DNA from: an archaeon
Lineage (GTDB): Archaea; Iainarchaeota; Iainarchaeia; Iainarchaeales; 1-14-0-10-31-34
Assembly (NCBI GenBank): GCA_043815885.1
Contig: JBDRIL010000026.1
Span: 1 to 46,233 of the forward strand
DNA: 46,233 nucleotides
Direction of reading: 5' to 3'
Shown here: piece after piece, positions 19,994-31,192 of the stretch
How positions within the stretch are numbered: the stretch's first letter is position 1
Layout of the letters: each line of letters opens with the position of its first letter
The notes under the pieces: generated by a model
Told to the model about the DNA's origin: nothing
Database searches by the model: none
Seen by the model: only the letters and a program-made list of their open reading frames with translations
Position numbers and translations under genes: made by a program

Positions 19994-20278
19994 ATGCAGA
20001 TAAGAATTAATAGACCTCATAAAGGAAAAAAAGGAATGCCATCAAATCCGAAATCTAAAAGATTATTTGACGTTATATTAAGGAATTTAGGGAAGGACCT
20101 AAGACATTACCCGCCCATTCCTGGATCTCAAGATTGGCATGTTCTTAAGGGAATTCATGGCCCTGGGTATGACCCTCTCAAAACATGGAGAGAAGCATAT
20201 GGTAAACGAATTGTGGATATATTAATTAAAGAACATGAAAGAATAGTAGAAAGAGAAAAGTTAAAAAAGAAAAAATAA
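19994..20278 (+). CDS. Basic orphan protein
   Basis: Only ORF filling the gap between cysS and the Yip1-like gene; K/R-rich termini. Confidence 0.5.
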   Translation: MQIRINRPHKGKKGMPSNPKSKRLFDVILRNLGKDLRHYPPIPGSQDWHVLKGIHGPGYDPLKTWREAYGKRIVDILIKEHERIVEREKLKKKK

Positions 20279-20295
20279 ATTTTATTTGACTAATT

Positions 20296-20925
20296 CTAAG
20301 TAAAGAACGGGGTTATTGCTCCAAGAATTATTATGAATGCAATCCATACAATAATGCTTTTTCCCATGGAGAAACCGCTTGAAACAGAGATAATGCAGTA
20401 ATAAATGTATAAAGTTAACAGGAATAAGATTAATCCGATTAATGCAAACAGCATGAAGATTACTGGATTGAATGCATTAGGGTTATTATTTAATTCCTCT
20501 GAGATTTTTGCGCTTAATTCATTTGTTCCGATTTCTCCTTCCTCGAATTCAGCAAAGGAATGAATTATTTCAGAGGAAATGCTTAATGGAAGCATCAGTA
20601 TTGCAATCAAAAGGAATAAGGAAAGAATTAATTTTACTAAAGAAAGGGCAGTGATTATCCCGCTGAATTTAGTCCTTATCTGCTTCATTCCAAAAAGATA
20701 AATAATTATCAGTAAGACTAATGCAGTGATAAGCCAGAGAATTATTTCTGCAATGAATTTAATTATTATTGAATCAATTGCTACCTGAAAACCAAACAAA
20801 TAGCTTCCAATTGCAGCAATAATTAATGGAAGCAGAATCAAAAATACAGCTAACTTAATGGATGGATGCTCTATTGCATTCTTTACAGTATTTTTTGGAG
20901 AATAAAATACTCCTAATAGATTCAA
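20296..20925 (-). CDS. Yip1-like membrane protein
   Basis: N-terminal FYSPKNT followed by about 5 TM helices. Confidence 0.65.
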   Translation of the reverse strand: MNLLGVFYSPKNTVKNAIEHPSIKLAVFLILLPLIIAAIGSYLFGFQVAIDSIIIKFIAEIILWLITALVLLIIIYLFGMKQIRTKFSGIITALSLVKLILSLFLLIAILMLPLSISSEIIHSFAEFEEGEIGTNELSAKISEELNNNPNAFNPVIFMLFALIGLILFLLTLYIYYCIISVSSGFSMGKSIIVWIAFIIILGAITPFFT

Positions 20926-20999
20926 TTTAGTTCAGCTCTCCTTAAATTAAATGCTAATAATAAATGAGTTTTAGGATTTAAAAAGCTAAGCTTTTTGAA

Positions 21000-21965
21000 T
21001 TATTCAAATGCCTTTCTAACTGGTTCAAGCAATTCAATTAATTCTTCACTCAATCCTTTTTTCAGGTCCTGTGGATGAAGCTTTTTTTCCTTGAATGCCT
21101 TCTCTAATTCCCTGAAAGAATTAAAGGAAATATTTCCTCCGAATTTTGTGTCTCTCTTGAATTCAATTGATTTAACTCTAGGAAAGACAATTAACTGCAT
21201 TATCTCCAGTAAAGGGTTTCCTTCAATAAATCCTTCAGGACAGTAGGCCTTATTTATTTTTTTCTTTATGTCTTCCTCTGAGTCCCTTACAGAAATAATG
21301 GAAGAAGGAACAGAAGAAGACATTTTTCCCCCTGAACCAAGCAATGAATTAATTACCGGAGTGTGAACAAAGAAAGGCTTCCTGTAATTAATTTTATTCA
21401 TTACTTCCCTTGCAAGCATATGGATTTTTCTATGCTCAAGGCCAGCTTCAGCTGCATCCACTTCCAGATACTTCATGTCAACAATCTGCATTAAAGGATA
21501 AATTGTCTGAGAGACAGTTGCATGCTCAATGTCTCTTGCAATCTCCTGCATTGAACGGATTGCTCTCTTCATTGTAGTGTGAAGAGAAATAGTAAGCAAG
21601 TCATCAAGGTATTCATTTTTCTTCTGAAAGGAAGAACCCAAAACATATTCAGCTTTTCCTAAACCGCTTTTCTTGAATGCTTTCTCCCACATCCCGATTT
21701 TTTCCTTTATTTCCTCCCAACTGCCTTTCCTGTTCAGCCAGGTATGATAATCAGCAAACAATACCTTTACCTTGAATCCGGCTTTCTCCAAATCAATTAA
21801 TTTAGTGATAGTAGCAAGATGCCCTAAATGCACTTCTCCTGAAGCCTCATAACCGCAATACACTACCGGATTCTTTTTTGCCTTAATTAATTCCCTTATC
21901 TCTTCCTCAGTAACCAGTTCAGCTGTATTCCTCTTAATTAATTCCATTCTTTCTTCTTCATTCAA
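21000..21965 (-). CDS. tyrS: Tyrosyl-tRNA synthetase, archaeal type
   Basis: YCGYEASG..HLGH, YPLMQ, KMSSS, LHPQDLK. Confidence 0.97.
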   Translation of the reverse strand: MNEEERMELIKRNTAELVTEEEIRELIKAKKNPVVYCGYEASGEVHLGHLATITKLIDLEKAGFKVKVLFADYHTWLNRKGSWEEIKEKIGMWEKAFKKSGLGKAEYVLGSSFQKKNEYLDDLLTISLHTTMKRAIRSMQEIARDIEHATVSQTIYPLMQIVDMKYLEVDAAEAGLEHRKIHMLAREVMNKINYRKPFFVHTPVINSLLGSGGKMSSSVPSSIISVRDSEEDIKKKINKAYCPEGFIEGNPLLEIMQLIVFPRVKSIEFKRDTKFGGNISFNSFRELEKAFKEKKLHPQDLKKGLSEELIELLEPVRKAFE

Positions 21966-22032
21966 TTCAAACCACTCTTTTAATTATGCAATTACTATTA
22001 TTTTAAAGCATTAATCCTTTAAATTAATTAGC

Positions 22033-22461
22033 GTGAACAGAAAAAAAAGAGTACTGGTTTTCGGGACATTTGATTTGCTTCACAGAGGCCACTTATTCTA
22101 CTTAGAGCAAGCCAGGAAAAAAGGAAAAGAACTGATTGTAATTGTCGCCAGAAACAACACAGTAAAGAAAGTGAAAGGAAATCTCCCTGTAATGGATGAA
22201 AAGGACAGGCTTCACTTAATTAAATCATTAAAGGTCGTAGATAAGGCAATCTTGGGTTGTAAGGGCAATATGTATAAAATAATAAAAGAACTAAAACCTG
22301 ACACAATCTGTTTAGGCTATGACCAAAAACCAGGAGTCGAGAAATTAAAGAAAGAATTACTGAAACTAGGATTAAAGCCAAAGATTTACAAAATCAAATG
22401 CTTCAAGCCACACAAACTCAAATCAAGAAAAATAAAAGAAAAAATAAGGAATTCAAAATAA
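22033..22461 (+). CDS. ribL: FAD synthase (cytidylyltransferase family)
   Basis: GTFDLLHRGH, IVAR, LGYDQ. Confidence 0.82.
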   Translation: MNRKKRVLVFGTFDLLHRGHLFYLEQARKKGKELIVIVARNNTVKKVKGNLPVMDEKDRLHLIKSLKVVDKAILGCKGNMYKIIKELKPDTICLGYDQKPGVEKLKKELLKLGLKPKIYKIKCFKPHKLKSRKIKEKIRNSK

Positions 22462-22517
22462 CTGCAAACCTTTAAATACTTCTGAGAACTATTTCTTATT
22501 AGTTGAAGGGATGATAA

Positions 22518-23080
22518 ATGAAAAAAACCACTAGTAAACGCCCCCCCCCCAGCGAGAACCCAAAAAAGACAAAACTGTTTTTGCTTTTCACTCAGGGCAA
22601 ATTGTGCGAGTTCCTTTTGGTAACAAAAAAATTCGTGGAAGAGTTATAGGGCCTGGAAAGAAAGCTAGTGAGGTTGTGGTTAGAGTAGTAGAAAAGCATC
22701 GACACAAGCCAGTTGACAAAAAGCAAAAAGAAGTTGATAGGATTCGAACTCGTTTAGACCAATTATATAGACTACCATTTACTAGAGCAAGAAATTTTGA
22801 AGCAATGCGATTGGATAGACGACTTGAATTATTATTTATCACTAAAGTTTTAACCCTTCCAAAACTAAAAGCTGTTCCAATCAAAGAGATTATTGTTAGA
22901 GAACCAAAAAAACCAACACACCAATTTGTTCCAAGAACTGAAAGAAAAAGACAAAGAAAGAAAACATTGGTTGAAAAAGTAAGAAGAAATAGCGGGGAAT
23001 TCGGAAGAGCAAATCCAAAACGCGTGCAAAGAGAATTGGCAAGAAAGGGTTTTCCAGGAGTAAAATTTAGAAGGCGGTAA
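22518..23080 (+). pseudogene. Basic orphan gene frameshifted at a C10 run (or homopolymer sequencing error)
   Basis: ATG 22518 has a purine-rich RBS but is out of frame with ORF 22604-23080; a C11 or C8 run joins them: MKKTTSKRPPPQREPKKDKTVFAFHSGQIVRVPFGNKKIRGRVI. Confidence 0.6.
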
Positions 23081-23084
23081 AAAA

Positions 23085-23912
23085 TCATTTCTTCTGTTTC
23101 TCAAATTTTTCTTCTAAGTATTTAACTATTTCTTCTGCTACATTGATTTTTGTTGCTGACTCAAAGCCCTTGAATTGAGGGCTTCTGTTGGTTTCCAATA
23201 CAAACCATTTTCCTTTGGAGAGAGCTACATCCACTCCAGTAATCTCTAACTGAACGCTTTTGGCTGCTTTCAAGGCAATTTCCTTTAGTTCTTCAGTTAA
23301 AGGAAAGGGAATTGGTTTGGCGCCTAAAGCAATATTGTGCTTCCAGTCACAGGTTTCTTTGGAGAAAGCCCCTAAAACCTTGTCTCCTACAACCAGGATG
23401 CGTAATTCCTTTTCAATTGGAATGAATTCCTGTATGATATAATTCTTTTCCTTGTCCAGTTTTTTCATTAAGGAATGCAATTCTTCTTTTTTGCATTTAA
23501 ATAAATCACTGCCTCTCTTTCCGCTGATGTCTTTTACCACTATTTCCTTGGAAGAAAAGGTTTTCACTTCTTCTATTGCTTTTGGATTCAATACAATTGT
23601 TTTAGGGACATGTAATCCAGCATTAAAGAAGCCCCAGTAATTATTGAATTTATCTCTTCCAGTGGTAAAGGCAATCCTTTCATCCACTACAACTGAGTTC
23701 TGAGAGAAAAAGGTAGTGGCTAAAGCCCGGGATAAGACTGCCTTGCCTTTCATTGGGCGGAAGAGAACTGCATCAAATCGTTTCCTTCCTCCAACCTCTG
23801 CAATTAATTCATCAGGAGAAAAGATTTCTGCTTTATGGCCTCGCTTTTCTGCTTCTTCCTTTATTCTCTTGTTCTCGTACTGTTCTTCAACAGAAACAAT
23901 TGCAATATTGAT
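23085..23912 (-). CDS. RimK-like ATP-grasp ligase (third of three); probable non-canonical ATC start
   Basis: DKFNNY, VPKT, IIQEFIP, NIALG, GVDV, LETNRSP; frame stays open 53 codons upstream of the track start, reading (M)NIAIVSVEEQYENKRIKEEAEKRGH. Confidence 0.88.
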   Translation of the reverse strand: MNIAIVSVEEQYENKRIKEEAEKRGHKAEIFSPDELIAEVGGRKRFDAVLFRPMKGKAVLSRALATTFFSQNSVVVDERIAFTTGRDKFNNYWGFFNAGLHVPKTIVLNPKAIEEVKTFSSKEIVVKDISGKRGSDLFKCKKEELHSLMKKLDKEKNYIIQEFIPIEKELRILVVGDKVLGAFSKETCDWKHNIALGAKPIPFPLTEELKEIALKAAKSVQLEITGVDVALSKGKWFVLETNRSPQFKGFESATKINVAEEIVKYLEEKFEKQKK

Positions 23913-23923
23913 ATTCTCTCCCC

Positions 23924-24805
23924 CTAATCCTTATGTAGTTCCCTTGCTTTATCGTAAATATATTTCACAATCTTTTTAGCGAATTTATTTCCAAAGTATT
24001 TTGGAATTATCCCTGGAGCAAAATTCACTTCAATGAGTTTGAATTCTTTTTCTCCTGTTTCAATGAAGTCAACCGCACAAATCTCTGCTCCAATCAGTTT
24101 AGCCACTCTTACTGCAGTAGACTTCATTTCCTCGCTTAATTTCACTTCCTCTGCTCTCCCGCCTCTGGAAACATTTGACCTCCAGTCTTCTCCTTCTCCT
24201 GTTCTCTTTACTCCAAAGGCTTCTTCTCCAAACACATAGCACCTGATATCATAATTTTTGTCAGGAAAGTATTCCTGGGTGGAAATGAATTCCTTAAAGA
24301 CTCTCAAGGTGTCCAGAACTGGTTTAAGCTCTTTTTCGTTTTGGGCAAGCATTACCCCTCTTCCGCCAAAACCACTCAATAACTTTATTATTACCGGAAA
24401 CCCGATCTTATTGGTGACAGAGACAGCTGTTTCAGCCAGGATTGCAAGAGAGGATTTCGGGATAGGGATATTTCCCTGGGACAATAATTTAATGGTGTAA
24501 TATTTGTGGTTGCAGATTTGATAGGCTTCAGAGGAAAGAGGGACATATACATTGCTTTCATTCAGTATATCCAGTACTACCTCTCCAAAAATAAAGTCCC
24601 TTGAGAATAAGCGAAGATAGCATGCATCAAAAGAAGTTAAATCAGTTCCCCTGAATGAAAGCTTTGTTTTTCCTTCAATGCATTCAACCTTTATTTTATC
24701 CAGCGGAACATAGAGAACTGAATCAAAGAGCTTTTGTGCTTCCTCTAAGATATATTGCTTTACTATCTTTTTTTCCTTTGAACCGCCAATATAAAGAAAC
24801 TTCAA
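23924..24805 (-). CDS. RimK-like ATP-grasp ligase (second of three)
   Basis: HKYY, GFPVIIK..GFGGRGV, QEY, DIR, WRSNVSRGG, VDFIE, IEVNFAPG. Confidence 0.92.
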   Translation of the reverse strand: MKFLYIGGSKEKKIVKQYILEEAQKLFDSVLYVPLDKIKVECIEGKTKLSFRGTDLTSFDACYLRLFSRDFIFGEVVLDILNESNVYVPLSSEAYQICNHKYYTIKLLSQGNIPIPKSSLAILAETAVSVTNKIGFPVIIKLLSGFGGRGVMLAQNEKELKPVLDTLRVFKEFISTQEYFPDKNYDIRCYVFGEEAFGVKRTGEGEDWRSNVSRGGRAEEVKLSEEMKSTAVRVAKLIGAEICAVDFIETGEKEFKLIEVNFAPGIIPKYFGNKFAKKIVKYIYDKARELHKD

Positions 24806-25650
24806 TTTTCTTCACCTTTATCCAATTTATTGGAGTAAAACTTGACTACTTCCTGCCATAAATCCTTTCCACTGCACTGGCTCATAAAAGAAAAATCAAT
24901 TAAAGGGCTTACACTCAATACAATTCCGTTCACTGACTTGACTGTTGCAATTTCTGCTCCAAGAGAGATTGCTGCATTAACCACCATTTCTTTATCCTTT
25001 TCATTCAATGAACTGAAGTGGCCTTTTTTAGCGTATTCAAGTTTTTCCTTATTCCATTTTCGTTTCACAGTAAACAGGGTTTCTCCAATTACCACGCTGT
25101 GGTCTAAGTCACTCTCATAATAATCCTGAATCATTAATGAATCAATCTCTGTCTTAATGCTCTTCACTGCAGAAATAAATGACCTCTGGCTTTCAATCAG
25201 CATGTTTTGGATTTTCTTGTATCCTTTAAAGGTTTGAAGAAGCAAGGGATAAGAGAATTCCTTAAAAGAGCCATTAACAAAGGAAAAGGAACTGAATATA
25301 GTGGTGTTTGGAATCCTTATTCCACTGCTGTTAAGAATGCTTGTTTGGAATGCCTTATTGGACATCAAAAAATAGGATTCAGGCTTTATCTGGCAATAAA
25401 TTCCTCTCTGGCTTAATTCATCCAGGAATGGTTCAATGAATTGAGTTAAATCAAAACTTGATTGAATGAAACAGGCATCCACTTCATTGAAATCAATTCC
25501 CTCAAGGAAAATACTGGTTGAATCTTTTTCTGTAAGCAATCCAATACTGCCTATCCTTTCATAGCTGGCAGTAATTCCTTTGGCAGTAAACGCTTTCTTT
25601 AACTTCTCTAAATCCTCGTTCCTTGATTCAGAGACAATCAGGACATTCAT
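24802..25650 (-). CDS. RimK-like ATP-grasp protein, probably inactive (first of three)
   Basis: RimK scaffold (NKAFQ, IPNT, YPLLL, MIQDY) but no Gly loop and LSVSP in place of E-x-N. Confidence 0.7.
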   Translation of the reverse strand: MNVLIVSESRNEDLEKLKKAFTAKGITASYERIGSIGLLTEKDSTSIFLEGIDFNEVDACFIQSSFDLTQFIEPFLDELSQRGIYCQIKPESYFLMSNKAFQTSILNSSGIRIPNTTIFSSFSFVNGSFKEFSYPLLLQTFKGYKKIQNMLIESQRSFISAVKSIKTEIDSLMIQDYYESDLDHSVVIGETLFTVKRKWNKEKLEYAKKGHFSSLNEKDKEMVVNAAISLGAEIATVKSVNGIVLSVSPLIDFSFMSQCSGKDLWQEVVKFYSNKLDKGEEN

Positions 25651-25654
25651 TACA

Positions 25655-27238
25655 TTACTCCTTTTCTTCCATTCCCTCTTCTTTAACTTTTTTAATTCGC
25701 CTTAACTTCTTTTTCTCTTCCTTTATGTCTGGCTTCCAGATTCTTCTAACCCCTCTCCCCTCTCTCCCGCTCAAAAAACTAACCACATGCTCTGAGAGAA
25801 GTTCATGGATTATGCTCTTCCTCCTAACCCATTTCTTTAGGTATCTTTCAAGTGATTTACTCAAGGTTCTGTAAGAGGAAACATCTGCATAAATTAATCC
25901 TTCCTTTATCCTCCAGAATGCAGGAGTGCCTTTCTTTACAAACACTAAATAACCTCTTCTCTTATCGTATTCGCTCATTGCTTCCTCCAGTAACCTGTAA
26001 TCAATCAAGTAAACTCCTGCTGTCTGGCTGCTTGGATCCAGTACAATTAATTCATCTCCCTCTATTCCAACACATAAAACAAAATGGCCTCCCTGGGAAC
26101 TTTTTTCAGGAAAGAGAACCGGCTTCTTGTACCATAAAATTATTAATGCTCCGTCAGCAATCCATGACTTTACTTCCTCCCCCAAATGATAGATTTGGTT
26201 GTAGCGAACTATCTGTCCAATTACATTGGATGCAGTTAATTTCTTTACTGCAGTAATCAATTTATTGGGTCCAGTGCCTCCAGGGGACTTGGTCTGGGAT
26301 TCCTTTCCAATATCTTCCTGAGTGAAGTCATACCCAAAAAAGCTTAACATCATTTGGGCTGCAGCAGGCCCGCAATAGTAAGGCAATTGACAGACATACT
26401 TTGAACGGATTTCCTCTAACTTGGAGATATCGCTTCTTGCTCGTTTCAGGAAAATTTTTTCGTTTAAAATTGTTTTATTTGGAATGATTGCATTATAGCC
26501 GTCAGGAAGCCTGATCATTACTCCGTGAATGTTTACTCCAATAACCTCTCCTATCTTGTCTCCAACCCTTATCTGCTGTCCCGGTTTAAGCAGAGTCCTT
26601 TCAATAAACATTGATGCAAAGAAGTTAGTGAAAAAGTCCTTGAAGGAAAAGAAAAGGATCGCTATTACTAGAATGACTAATCCAAACACTAATCCAGTTA
26701 AAAAGTTTGACAAAATCGTAACACTTATTCCTACTGAAGAAAAGGCAAGGATTATTACTATTACAAACAGGAATATCTTTACCAGCAGGAAAAAGATTCC
26801 AATTAATTCCTTGCTGATTCCTATTTCCTGCAGGAATTCCTCTGAACCAAATCTCTCAAATAAAGACTTCATTACTCCAACAATCAGTGTAACTACAATG
26901 TATCCCAAAACCAGTAAAAGGAATAAAATAACCACCATTGGAATAAAGTAAAAGATGTTTGAAAGAAGCTCTCTTGCAGCCGAAACCTGGAGAAAGCCTA
27001 AAGCAATAATTATTGATACAACAAAAATAAATAATTCAATCAATCTTACTGCGGATCTTACTGCAAGAATTTCTTCCCTGTTTTTCCTGTAAGCATAAAG
27101 AATCAGTTTTCCAATAACCTTTGCCGCAATCAATCCAATGATTACTGTAATAATAGCCAAGACAATCGGACTGAACAAAACCTCTTGAACTAATTCATTG
27201 CTCAAAGCAATTAAACCAGATAAATCCGTTGGAAGCAT
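25655..27238 (-). CDS. MscS-type mechanosensitive channel fused to a C39-like cysteine peptidase
   Basis: About 5 TM, MscS beta domain (LKPGQQIRVGDKIGEV...IIPN), then QLPYYCGPAA, GHFVLCVG, LIVLDPS. Confidence 0.85.
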   Translation of the reverse strand: MLPTDLSGLIALSNELVQEVLFSPIVLAIITVIIGLIAAKVIGKLILYAYRKNREEILAVRSAVRLIELFIFVVSIIIALGFLQVSAARELLSNIFYFIPMVVILFLLLVLGYIVVTLIVGVMKSLFERFGSEEFLQEIGISKELIGIFFLLVKIFLFVIVIILAFSSVGISVTILSNFLTGLVFGLVILVIAILFFSFKDFFTNFFASMFIERTLLKPGQQIRVGDKIGEVIGVNIHGVMIRLPDGYNAIIPNKTILNEKIFLKRARSDISKLEEIRSKYVCQLPYYCGPAAAQMMLSFFGYDFTQEDIGKESQTKSPGGTGPNKLITAVKKLTASNVIGQIVRYNQIYHLGEEVKSWIADGALIILWYKKPVLFPEKSSQGGHFVLCVGIEGDELIVLDPSSQTAGVYLIDYRLLEEAMSEYDKRRGYLVFVKKGTPAFWRIKEGLIYADVSSYRTLSKSLERYLKKWVRRKSIIHELLSEHVVSFLSGREGRGVRRIWKPDIKEEKKKLRRIKKVKEEGMEEKE

Positions 27239-27365
27239 TCTAAATCAACCTAATATAGAAATAACAGTAAATAATATAAAACCTTAACTGATTGATTCTC
27301 AGAATCCAAAACAAATTATTTTTATACCAGAAGGGAGTTTTATATTAACAGAGGAGAAAAAAACA

Positions 27366-27812
27366 ATGCACAAAGCAGTAACAAAAAAAAGAAATCATAA
27401 AACCTTTGTTTTCTGCAAAGGAATGCATATACCTAAACCAAAAAAAGGGCGTTTTTATGTTAGGGCAGAGAAACTTTTGGAAAGGAGTGTAATACTGCCT
27501 GAACAAATTCAATTGCTTGCGGGGGCAGGAGTAAAAACCAGGGCAGGAGATTACGTGTTTATGGAACTTAAGGAAAAAGTTGCTGGAAACCCTTGCAGGG
27601 ATTTAGAGCTAACCAAGAAATATGGCACGGTCTTCCTTGGAAAAATACACGAATTAGGATACAGAATCACTCATTATCAAACAAGAGAAGGATTTTTCCG
27701 TGAATTGGGAAAAGACGCTGCTACACACGAACCAAAACAAATTAATTACGCTGCCCCGATTGCAATCTTGGGACGCCCAGAAAAAGGCGGAAAAAGAACA
27801 AAAAAAAGGTAA
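27366..27812 (+). CDS. Basic orphan protein
   Basis: GAGGAG RBS; K/R-rich termini; no family recognised. Confidence 0.6.
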   Translation: MHKAVTKKRNHKTFVFCKGMHIPKPKKGRFYVRAEKLLERSVILPEQIQLLAGAGVKTRAGDYVFMELKEKVAGNPCRDLELTKKYGTVFLGKIHELGYRITHYQTREGFFRELGKDAATHEPKQINYAAPIAILGRPEKGGKRTKKR

Positions 27813-27865
27813 AAATCAATTATTGATTTTACGTCAATCGTATTATTTTTTGGGAATGGAATTGA

Positions 27866-29353
<1,488 letters not shown>

Positions 29354-29385
29354 ACCTTTTATTCAGGTATTCTTATTATTTATCA

Positions 29386-30318
29386 ATGTTAATTGAAACC
29401 ATTATATTCATTGTTGGATTCATTTTCTTGTTCAAGGGAAGCCAGATAGTTATTGATTCATCCATCAAGATTTCAGAATATCTGGGCATTTCAAGATTGG
29501 CTGTAGGGTTCATTATTGTTGCAATGGCTACCTCTATCCCTGATTTTATGGTGGCAGTAAACGCTTCCTTGATTGGAGAAACCCCAATGGCAATAGGAGA
29601 CGCTTTGGGATCAAGCATAGCAAACATTACTCTGGTACTAGGAATAGCTGCATTGATAAGGAATCTGAATGTAAAAAGAGAACAAACCATTGCAAGCGCA
29701 GAATTACTTTTCCTTATTTCATTAGTACCATTAATAATTCTTTCAAGAGGCACCGTTACACAAATCGAAGGAATGCTATTGTTATTGTTCTTTGCCTTTT
29801 ACTGCTTCTTTATCCTAAAGAAAAAATTTACCATGAATATTACTGGAAAGATTTCAAAGAAGGAATCAAAAAAGGCCTTCTTCTTTTTCGTTATAGGAAT
29901 CTCAATAGTGATATTAAGCGCTCACTTCGTTGTTTCTTCTGGCGCGAGTATTGCCTCATCCATTGGAATTTCCTCTGCATTGATTGGAATGACAGTAATT
30001 GCGTTCGGGACAACCCTTCCAGAGCTAGCAATAGACCTTGCTGCAATAAGAAAAGGCCACACAGCTTTGGCAGTAGGAGACATTCTTGGAAGCTGCGTAA
30101 TCAATCTCACCCTAGTAATGGGAACAGCAATAATAATCAATCCAATTGGAGCTGCATTCGAGCAATTCTCCACAGCAATAATCATCCTGGTAGTAGTTAA
30201 TTCCCTGCTCACTTATGCCTTACTAAAACACGAAGGCATCACAAAAACACTCGGAATAGTATTCATCCTGATTTACATCTTATTCCTGTTAATCCAATTC
30301 AGTTCAGGCCTAATCTGA
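29386..30318 (+). CDS. Ca2+:Na+ antiporter (CaCA, YrbG-like)
   Basis: Two alpha repeats ATSIPD/GSSIAN and GTTLPE/GSCVIN. Confidence 0.92.
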   Translation: MLIETIIFIVGFIFLFKGSQIVIDSSIKISEYLGISRLAVGFIIVAMATSIPDFMVAVNASLIGETPMAIGDALGSSIANITLVLGIAALIRNLNVKREQTIASAELLFLISLVPLIILSRGTVTQIEGMLLLLFFAFYCFFILKKKFTMNITGKISKKESKKAFFFFVIGISIVILSAHFVVSSGASIASSIGISSALIGMTVIAFGTTLPELAIDLAAIRKGHTALAVGDILGSCVINLTLVMGTAIIINPIGAAFEQFSTAIIILVVVNSLLTYALLKHEGITKTLGIVFILIYILFLLIQFSSGLI

Positions 30319-30381
30319 TTTCTTTAATTCAATGTATTTTATAAAGTTTATTGAACTATTTATTTGGGGGGGGATAAAAAA

Positions 30382-30663
30382 ATGATGTCAAATATTCCTT
30401 TAAAACTAGAAAAATTAAAAAAAGAAGAATTAGACAGAGAAATACTCAGAGTAGGCATGATTGCTGAATTAGATGCAGTGAATCTCTACGAGCAAATGGC
30501 TGCAATGACTGAAAACCAAAATATTAAGAAACTTCTTTTGGATATCGCAAAAGAAGAAAAGACTCACCTAGGGGAATTCCAGACAATGCTGTTAAAGCAG
30601 GACAAAGAACAAGTCACAGAATTAGAAAAAGGAAAGAAAGAAGTTGAAGAATTAATTGAATAA
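30382..30663 (+). CDS. Short ferritin-like protein (EncFtn/Flp-like)
   Basis: AELDAVNLYEQ...IAKEEKTH.GE; ATG 30382 follows a G-rich RBS. Confidence 0.85.
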   Translation: MMSNIPLKLEKLKKEELDREILRVGMIAELDAVNLYEQMAAMTENQNIKKLLLDIAKEEKTHLGEFQTMLLKQDKEQVTELEKGKKEVEELIE

Positions 30664-30673
30664 AGGTGAAAGA

Positions 30674-31192
30674 ATGGTTAAGTTATGGAGATGCGAGATC
30701 TGCGGAGACCCGTATATTGGAGAAGTGGCTCCTTCCAACTGTCCTTTCTGCGGAGCATACAAGAAATACATTAAAGAGACAAAAAAAGCAAAAGTTAATT
30801 TCGATGTACAGCTGAATGAAAAAGATAAAGCGAATGCTGAAAGAGCACTGCAAGTAGAGGTAAGCAATGCTACATTCTATTTCTGTGCCGCAAAGAAAAC
30901 AGATGACTCAGAAGGAAAGTTATTGTTCAAGGCATTGGGAAAAGTGGAAGCAGAACACGCTAGCATCTGGAGAAAGATATTGAAATTGGAGAGTATTCCT
31001 GAAGGAAAAGAAGACTGCAGTGAAAGAAATAAAGAGAATTTAGAGAATTCACATGCAAGAGAGACAAGAGCAATTGAATTCTATGGGAAAGCTGCAGCTG
31101 AATCAGAAAACGAGAGAGTAAAGCAAATTTTTAGGGCATTAGTTGAGGTTGAAACAGACCATTTGAATCTTTCGGAGGAGAGACTGAAATGA
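30674..31192 (+). CDS. Rubrerythrin-family protein with N-terminal rubredoxin-like domain
   Basis: WRCEICG..CPFCG then EAEH and ETDH diiron motifs; GGTGA RBS. Confidence 0.88.
   Translation: MVKLWRCEICGDPYIGEVAPSNCPFCGAYKKYIKETKKAKVNFDVQLNEKDKANAERALQVEVSNATFYFCAAKKTDDSEGKLLFKALGKVEAEHASIWRKILKLESIPEGKEDCSERNKENLENSHARETRAIEFYGKAAAESENERVKQIFRALVEVETDHLNLSEERLK

Noticed and set aside
27366..27812. Graspetide-type precursor peptide for the ATP-grasp operon
   Set aside because: Divergently transcribed, with no repeated Thr/Ser/Lys-Asp/Glu core motif or double-glycine leader; treated as a basic orphan.
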